Assembly (NCBI GenBank): GCA_045589295.1
Contig: JAZNOU010000014.1
Span: forward strand, 1-59,133
Length of the DNA: 59,133 bases
Source: Clostridia bacterium
GTDB lineage: Bacteria > Bacillota > Clostridia > RGIG6154
Direction: 5' to 3'
Shown here: piece by piece, positions 53,654 through 59,133 of the stretch
Numbering within the stretch: the stretch's first letter is position 1
Layout of the letters: each line of letters starts with the position of its first letter
The notes under the pieces: generated by a model
What the model was told of the DNA's origin: nothing
Seen by the model: the letters and a program-made list of their open reading frames with translations, nothing else
Database searches by the model: none
Position numbers and translations under genes: made by a program

Positions 53654-54934
53654 GTGGTTAAAAAACTTGCGTTGGTTTTGCTAGCATTTTTAGTGGCAGC
53701 AGGTACAGTACAAGCAAAACCTATAAAAACAATTCATGCACCGACGTATCTCTTAATAAATGCAGATGATGGAGCAGTTTTGGTGCAGGAAAATTGCACA
53801 ACAGACGTAAAACCGGGTGATTTTTCAAAAATTATGACGGCTGTTTTGTCGTGCGAAAAATTTCAGTTAACAGATCTTTTAACCTTTAAGAACGAGCTTT
53901 CTTTCAACAACAATTTTGGGAATATAGCATATGTAAAAAACGGATACAGACTTACTGTTTTGCAACACCTTCAAAATATGTTGCTTTTATATTCTGATGC
54001 GAGCGCAAACGAACTTGCAATAGCGCACAGCGGTTCAATAGAAAAGTTTACCGATGAAATGAATAAAAAAGCAAAAAAAATAGGTATGACGGACACTGTT
54101 TTTTCATCACCATCTGGATATGATCCTGATGGCATAAGCAAGACTACCGCCAAAGATCTGGCAACTTTTGCAAGATATGTTTGCGATATAAAGGACATAA
54201 TAGACATAACTTCAACAGATGTATTCTATCTTCCTCCGCTAAATGCAGGCGGTAGCGACAGAATGTTTTCAAGCAGAAACCATCTTATCAGCAGATATAC
54301 CTTCAGCTCATATACCTACAGTGCAGCAAAAGGACTTATGAGCAATATTGGCAAAGATACTTCAAGCTTTTTAGGTATAGCTGAAAAAAATGACAGAAAG
54401 CTGATAGCAGTTGTTTTGAACAGTCCCGATACTCAGAATATGACAGTTTACAAAGATGTTATAAATCTTTATGAAGAGGGATTTAACCGTTTTATTAATG
54501 TAAGCATTGCACAGGAAAATGAAATTATTTCCGAGGTTAAGGTAAAGGGCTGCTGGAGCGGGAGCGCAGTTTTGTGCATTGATACTGCGGTTAAAGCATA
54601 CATTCCCATTGACTATGACAAGGAATTGATAACAAGTGAAATTTCTGTACAGGAGGGTAAATGGGCGCCTGTTAAAAAAGGTGAAAAAATGGGAACTGTT
54701 CGTTACTTTTATGATGGAAACTTTATAGCAGAAACTAACCTTGTTGCAGTGAAAAATGAAAACTTTAATCTTTTTGCAATTTTAAAAAATACTTTGTTTA
54801 CAAAGCTTAATGCGTATATTCTTTTTGTTATACTCCTTGTGGTGGCGGTATTTTTATATTTAAGGTACAGTGCGATTTTGAAGAAGGAAAAAAGGAAGAA
54901 AAAAAGACGCGAAATTACAGGAAGGAAAAATTAA
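53654..54934 (+). CDS. Peptidase S11 (DacA/PBP5-like) fold protein with degenerate catalytic motifs
   Basis: Signal peptide, PGDFSKIMTA, F..MN.KAK.IGM.DT.F..PSG, TTA.DL, PBP5 C-domain, C-terminal TM plus basic tail; GTG follows AAGGAGG. Confidence 0.8.
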   Translation: MVKKLALVLLAFLVAAGTVQAKPIKTIHAPTYLLINADDGAVLVQENCTTDVKPGDFSKIMTAVLSCEKFQLTDLLTFKNELSFNNNFGNIAYVKNGYRLTVLQHLQNMLLLYSDASANELAIAHSGSIEKFTDEMNKKAKKIGMTDTVFSSPSGYDPDGISKTTAKDLATFARYVCDIKDIIDITSTDVFYLPPLNAGGSDRMFSSRNHLISRYTFSSYTYSAAKGLMSNIGKDTSSFLGIAEKNDRKLIAVVLNSPDTQNMTVYKDVINLYEEGFNRFINVSIAQENEIISEVKVKGCWSGSAVLCIDTAVKAYIPIDYDKELITSEISVQEGKWAPVKKGEKMGTVRYFYDGNFIAETNLVAVKNENFNLFAILKNTLFTKLNAYILFVILLVVAVFLYLRYSAILKKEKRKKKRREITGRKN

Positions 54935-54936
54935 GA

Positions 54937-55710
54937 ATGCTTTTTGATTCACACGCACATTTAGATGATGACAAATTTTGTGATGATCGCGAAGAAATTA
55001 TAAATGGTTTAAAAAACAGCGGAGTTTCGTATTTGGTAAATGTTGGCGCAGACTACGAGACTTCGCTTAATTCTGTTAATTTGTCAGCAAAATATGATTT
55101 TATTTATGCTTCGGTTGGGGTTCATCCTTATGATGCAAAAACAGTTACAGACGACCTTATGGATAAGTTCAGATCTATGGTAAAAGAGAATAAAAAAATT
55201 GTTGCAATAGGCGAAAGCGGGCTTGATTATTCTTATGAGGAGACGGATAAAGAGACTCAGAAAGATGCGTTTATAAAACACATAAAGCTTGCAGATGAGC
55301 TTGGTCTTCCAATCATTGTTCATAACAGGGATTCTCATAAGGATATGCTTGATATATTAATGCAGCATAAGCCTCAAAAGGCCATTATACACTGTTATTC
55401 GGGAAGTCTTGAAATGGCGAAGATTCTTGTTAAAATGGGGTATTATATATCGTTTTCAGGAACGGTTACATTTAAAAATGCAAAAAATTTAAAGGAAGCG
55501 GCAAAATGGGTTCCGCTTGAAAATCTTTTGATTGAAACTGACTGCCCTTATCTTTCACCTGAGCCTGAAAGAGGAACAAGAAATAACCCGGCAAAAGTTA
55601 GATATACGGCTGAAGTGATAGCTGAACTTAAAGGAGTAACTTTTGAAGAAGTTGCGCAAAAAACACTTGAAAACGCGAAACGTGTTTACAACATAGGAGA
55701 AATATCATGA
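54937..55710 (+). CDS. tatD: TatD-family hydrolase
   Basis: DSHAHL, GVHP, AIGESGLDY, IHCYSG, ETDCPYL. Confidence 0.95.
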   Translation: MLFDSHAHLDDDKFCDDREEIINGLKNSGVSYLVNVGADYETSLNSVNLSAKYDFIYASVGVHPYDAKTVTDDLMDKFRSMVKENKKIVAIGESGLDYSYEETDKETQKDAFIKHIKLADELGLPIIVHNRDSHKDMLDILMQHKPQKAIIHCYSGSLEMAKILVKMGYYISFSGTVTFKNAKNLKEAAKWVPLENLLIETDCPYLSPEPERGTRNNPAKVRYTAEVIAELKGVTFEEVAQKTLENAKRVYNIGEIS

Positions 55711-56249
55711 AAGAACTTTTGAAATTATTTTTACTGTTTGCCAAAATAGGCAGTTTTACTTTCGGTGGTGGATATGCTATGCTCCCTATGATGAAAAGAG
55801 AGCTTGCCGAAAAAAATGACTATGTTACAGAAGAGGAAATTTTAGATTATTATGCAATAGGTCAGTTAACGCCGGGAGTTATTGCTGTTAATGTTTCTAC
55901 TTTTGTAGGATATAAAACTAAAGGTTTTATTGGTGCAATATTCTCAACTGCAGGTATGGTTTTTCCGTCTATTGTTATAATTACTTTAATTGCGGCACTT
56001 ATTTCAAATTTTAATCAAATTCCGGTTGTGCAGTCAGCACTCTCAGGTATAAGACTTGCGGTTTTGGCGATGATCGTAAAGACAATTATAAGCGTTGTAA
56101 AAAAAGGAGTTGTTGATGTGTTCACACTCCTTGTTATGCTGTTCACTCTTACAATAATGATTTTGGGATTTCCTGCGGCATTTATCACTGTGATAAGTAT
56201 TTTAGCGGGGGTTGTTTACAAAACCGTTAAAAAGGGGGAAAGTAAATGA
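55707..56249 (+). CDS. Short-chain chromate ion transporter (CHR), N-half
   Basis: FTFGGGYA, GQLTPG. Confidence 0.9.
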   Translation: MKELLKLFLLFAKIGSFTFGGGYAMLPMMKRELAEKNDYVTEEEILDYYAIGQLTPGVIAVNVSTFVGYKTKGFIGAIFSTAGMVFPSIVIITLIAALISNFNQIPVVQSALSGIRLAVLAMIVKTIISVVKKGVVDVFTLLVMLFTLTIMILGFPAAFITVISILAGVVYKTVKKGESK

Positions 56250-56797
56250 TATACTTAATTTTGTTTGTTGAGTTTTTTAAAACGGGCCTTTTTGCTATAG
56301 GCGGAGGGCTTGCAACAGTTCCCTTTTTATTTGAAATTGCGAATAAATACCCTTGGTTTACACCAAGCGAGCTTACAGATATGATAGCGGTAGCAGAATC
56401 AACCCCTGGGCCAATAGGAGTTAATATGGCAACATATGCGGGTTTTAGCGCCGGTGGGGTGTGTGGTGCGCTTATTGCAACGATAGGCCTTATTATGCCA
56501 TCTGTTATTGTTATTATGATTGTTGCAAAAATCCTTGCAAAGTTCAAAGATAACAAGTTTGTAAATTATGCATTTTACGGAATAAGACCGGCTGTTGCTG
56601 GAATGATTATTGCCGCGTGGAGCAGCCTTTTTAAAATGTGTATTATAAATGATGCTTTCACGGGTATAAATGACATCTTATATTTGAAAGAACTTGGTAT
56701 ATTCCTGGTTTTTGTATTTTTTAACTTAAAAACCAAAATGAACCCTATTTATTACATAATTATGGGTGCAATTGTGGGAATTTTATTCCAACTTTGA
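56246..56797 (+). CDS. Short-chain chromate ion transporter (CHR), C-half
   Basis: FAIGGGLA, AESTPGP. Confidence 0.9.
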   Translation: MIYLILFVEFFKTGLFAIGGGLATVPFLFEIANKYPWFTPSELTDMIAVAESTPGPIGVNMATYAGFSAGGVCGALIATIGLIMPSVIVIMIVAKILAKFKDNKFVNYAFYGIRPAVAGMIIAAWSSLFKMCIINDAFTGINDILYLKELGIFLVFVFFNLKTKMNPIYYIIMGAIVGILFQL

Positions 56798-56857
56798 AAT
56801 AATTTAAAAAGAAACAAAAAAACAAAAACGGCTTTAAATAGCCGTTTTCTCTTAAAT

Positions 56858-56921
56858 TGTTAAAAAAATGTTACAAAAAATGTTAAAATTCCTTGACATA
56901 TTTATCTTGTTGTTGTATAAT
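56858..56921 (+). promoter_or_regulatory. WalR-type box and sigma-A promoter of the cell-wall hydrolase
   Basis: TGTTAA-N5-TGTTAC-N6-TGTTAA, then TTGACA-N17-TATAAT. Confidence 0.7.
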
Positions 56922-56960
56922 AATTAACGTAAGATAAAAAACTTATGAAAGGATTTTTGG

Positions 56961-57833
56961 ATGAGTTACAAATTTTCACTCAAAAAGATTCTGGTTGCAG
57001 GTGCAGTTCTTGCGACTATGACAGTTTCTTCAATGAGTGCATTTGCGTACGATTACATAGGAAAAGGCACCGTTACAGGTGGAATAGTTAATATAAGAGA
57101 GAGTGCAAGCACCGATTCAGCAGTTATCGGTACTGGCGCTAAAGGAACAGAATACAGCGTTATTTCTCAGGAAAACGGCTGGGCAAAGGTTGAAACTGCA
57201 GATGGTCTTATAGGGTATATGAACTTAGGCTACTTCTCGGTTATGGCAGGCGAAAGAATGACTGCAACAATCACAGGCTCTGTTGTTAATGTAAGAGAGG
57301 GCGCGGGAACAGATTTTGCTGTTATCGGCACATCATACAAAGGACAAAGCTTTCCTATATTAGGAAAGGAAAACGGCTGGTATAAAATAAGTTTCAATGA
57401 AGCAAGCGGATTTGTAAGTGGTGATTATGTAAGTGTTGACGGGGTTGTTTCTACTGCCAAGTCAAAGGGTGAACAGGTTGTTGACTTTGCAAAGAAGTAT
57501 ATCGGCAAACCATATGTTTATGGTGCAGCAGGACCTAATGCTTTTGACTGTTCAGGATTTACATCTTATATTTATAAGCAGTTTGGATATTCTTTAAACA
57601 GAACAGCTGCCGGTCAGAATTCAAACGGTGTGTCAGTTTCTAAAGACAATTTGCAACCAGGAGACCTCGTAATGTTTACTTACAGAGGAATGTATGGAAT
57701 AGGACACGTTGGAATATATATGGGTGACGGCAAAATGGTACATGCCGGAAATTCTTCAACAGGCGTAGTAATTTCTGATGTATTTTCAGGTTATTATGGC
57801 GCAAGATATGTTGGAGCAAGAAGAATCGTGTAA
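56961..57833 (+). CDS. SH3b x2 plus NlpC/P60 cell-wall endopeptidase
   Basis: Signal peptide, two VN.R....T...VIG repeats, PYVYG...FDCSG, GHVGIY, MVHA. Confidence 0.93.
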   Translation: MSYKFSLKKILVAGAVLATMTVSSMSAFAYDYIGKGTVTGGIVNIRESASTDSAVIGTGAKGTEYSVISQENGWAKVETADGLIGYMNLGYFSVMAGERMTATITGSVVNVREGAGTDFAVIGTSYKGQSFPILGKENGWYKISFNEASGFVSGDYVSVDGVVSTAKSKGEQVVDFAKKYIGKPYVYGAAGPNAFDCSGFTSYIYKQFGYSLNRTAAGQNSNGVSVSKDNLQPGDLVMFTYRGMYGIGHVGIYMGDGKMVHAGNSSTGVVISDVFSGYYGARYVGARRIV

Positions 57834-57904
57834 GTAAAAAGAAGACCAATATACGGTGTTTCTCAAAAGGATGTTTACGAAAGAAGCCGATTGAGAGAGA
57901 AATA

Positions 57905-57940
57905 AGTACAGTTGTTGAAAAATAGCTGTACTTTTTCTTT
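57905..57940 (+). terminator. Intrinsic terminator
   Basis: AAGTACAGTTGTT...AATAGCTGTACTT followed by TTTCTTT. Confidence 0.65.
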
Positions 57941-58026
57941 TGCTCAAAAAGGCTTTAAGTTAATAAGTTATTAAGTCGTATCAAAAGGATGCGACTTTTT
58001 TATTTCGAGAAATGGAGGATTTTCAA

Positions 58027-58323
58027 ATGATGAAATTAAAAGGTAAATTCACAACTATACTCAATAAAATTATCACCGATAAAAGTATCAGCGGAAACGA
58101 ATTTAAAATACTATGTTACCTCTGTATGAGGTCAGGTAATGACAACTCTTGTTTTCCTTCTCTTGATACTATACATCAGGATACAGGTATTGGTTTATCA
58201 ACTGTTAAAAATACGATACCCAAGTTGGTTGAGTCAGGTTACATAATCAAGGCAAATCGCAAAAAGAGCAATGGATGTTCCACCTCTAATCTCTATCGGT
58301 TAACTGATAAAGTGCTTGAATAA
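58027..58323 (+). CDS. Winged-HTH protein (HTH_36/replication-initiator N-terminal-like)
   Basis: EFKILCYL, CFPSLDTI, GLSTVK...L.E.GYI, SNLY; GGAGG RBS before ATG 58027. Confidence 0.75.
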   Translation: MMKLKGKFTTILNKIITDKSISGNEFKILCYLCMRSGNDNSCFPSLDTIHQDTGIGLSTVKNTIPKLVESGYIIKANRKKSNGCSTSNLYRLTDKVLE

Positions 58324-58543
58324 ATGGTAGTTGTTTTTTGACTTAGGTGGTGTAAAAAACGGCTACAAATAATACTAAGTTAATAATAACATAGGGTTAT
58401 TGGATAAGAATATTATAGGCAATTGAATAAGACGACGAATTAATTGATTGGCTTCTCTTATAGGGAAATGCAAATCAATTATTTTTTTGTTCCAATATCC
58501 CTGAAAATTCTCGGGTCGAGAATTTGAGAATTTCCTAGACTTA

Positions 58544-58641
58544 GGTCTGGGGCAAGCATAGCGTCCGGCTGTCTGCCTGCCGCGAAGCGCCTCCCTGAAG
58601 GCGCTTTTTTCTCGGGCAGAAGCCCGGACCCACTTACTATA
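58544..58641. other. Putative oriT
   Basis: GC-rich inverted repeats (GTCCGG/CCGGAC, CTGCC/GGCAG, AAGCGCC/GGCGCTT) ending in CCCACTTACTAT just upstream of mobC. Confidence 0.5.
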
Positions 58642-58664
58642 TTTTTAAGTTAGGAGAGATTTAT

Positions 58665-58982
58665 ATGAAAGACAACAGAAGAAGAAATACGACATTGACG
58701 ATAAGAGTTACGGAGAAAGAAAAGCAATATATAAAGAAGCGTGCTAAAAAAGCAGGCCTCAGTATTACAGATTATATAGTCAGACTTTCTCTCGAAACGC
58801 CTATCTTTATTCCCATCAATATGCAACCGTTTTTGTTGGAGCTTAAGCGCATTGGTAATAACATTAATCAGTTGACAAAGAAGGTTAATGCTAAGGTTTT
58901 TTCATCGTATAATTTCGAAGAATTTATCAAAGCGATTGACAAATTAACTGAGCGTATTGGCGAAGTTGAAAGGAGGCAATGA
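58665..58982 (+). CDS. mobC: Mobilisation accessory protein (ribbon-helix-helix)
   Basis: IRVTEKEK...A..AGLSI.DY, ELKRIGNNINQL. Confidence 0.92.
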   Translation: MKDNRRRNTTLTIRVTEKEKQYIKKRAKKAGLSITDYIVRLSLETPIFIPINMQPFLLELKRIGNNINQLTKKVNAKVFSSYNFEEFIKAIDKLTERIGEVERRQ

Positions 58983-59133
58983 TGGCAATATTAGTTGCAA
59001 TTCGTTCAACCAAACAAAGCCCGAGTGCAATGCGCGGACTCATCAATTATTGTCTTCAGGAGAAGAAAACTTTTGATATAAATTCAGATAGAAAACTTAT
59101 CACCGGAGTGAACTGTATCCCTCAAAATGCTTA
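58982..59133 (+). CDS. MOBP-type relaxase, N-terminus only (runs off the window)
   Basis: AGGAGG RBS, overlaps the mobC stop; MAILVAIRSTKQSPSAMRGLINYCLQEKKT...ITGVNC with motif I Tyr. Confidence 0.8.
   Translation, partial: MAILVAIRSTKQSPSAMRGLINYCLQEKKTFDINSDRKLITGVNCIPQNA

Larger units (their letters stand above)
57950..59133 (+). mobile_element. Left part of a putative integrative mobilizable element (boundary approximate)
   Basis: HTH gene, GC-rich oriT-like region, mobC and relaxase start; no integrase or att site visible in the window. Confidence 0.65.

Noticed and set aside
183-56556. Many 60-170 aa alternative-frame and antisense ORFs in the ORF track
   Set aside because: They are shadows of well-supported genes, with no RBS or domain motifs.
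1-59133. CRISPR arrays, tRNA/rRNA genes, reverse transcriptases, transposases and defence genes
   Set aside because: None recognised; no regularly spaced repeats were seen, and most intergenic gaps are too short.

Overview
AT-rich chromosomal window from a Clostridia-like Firmicute (SLH proteins, folT/THF riboswitch, L7Ae-rpsL-rpsG-fusA-tuf order). In order it holds: a partial TRAP permease; an ECF S-component; a MacAB-like efflux/SLH protein/two-component operon; aroB-aroA-aroC-pheA; a PrsA-like foldase; an AI-2E transporter; two orphan sugar ABC permeases; THF riboswitch-folT-fhs; an NCS2 permease; rpoBC and the str cluster; a 1688-aa SLH/GLUG surface protein with a fused PPIase next to it; queT; two flavoproteins; a pgm/O-antigen-ligase/GT2/WcaJ/dead-DD-carboxypeptidase/tatD/chr operon; an SH3b-NlpC/P60 hydrolase; and the left end of a mobilizable element (HTH, oriT-like region, mobC, partial relaxase). 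The main leads are: (1) an unannotated ~200-nt nested, possibly pseudoknotted RNA-like fold at 19465-19665; (2) an RNA polymerase with two self-derived duplications, a 31-aa tandem repeat in RpoB and a transposed copy of a C-terminal module in RpoC; (3) an autoregulated MacAB system with a doubled adaptor and an SLH partner; (4) a putative protein O-glycosylation operon containing a pseudo-PBP. All calls are from reading the sequence by eye; no searches or folding programs were run.
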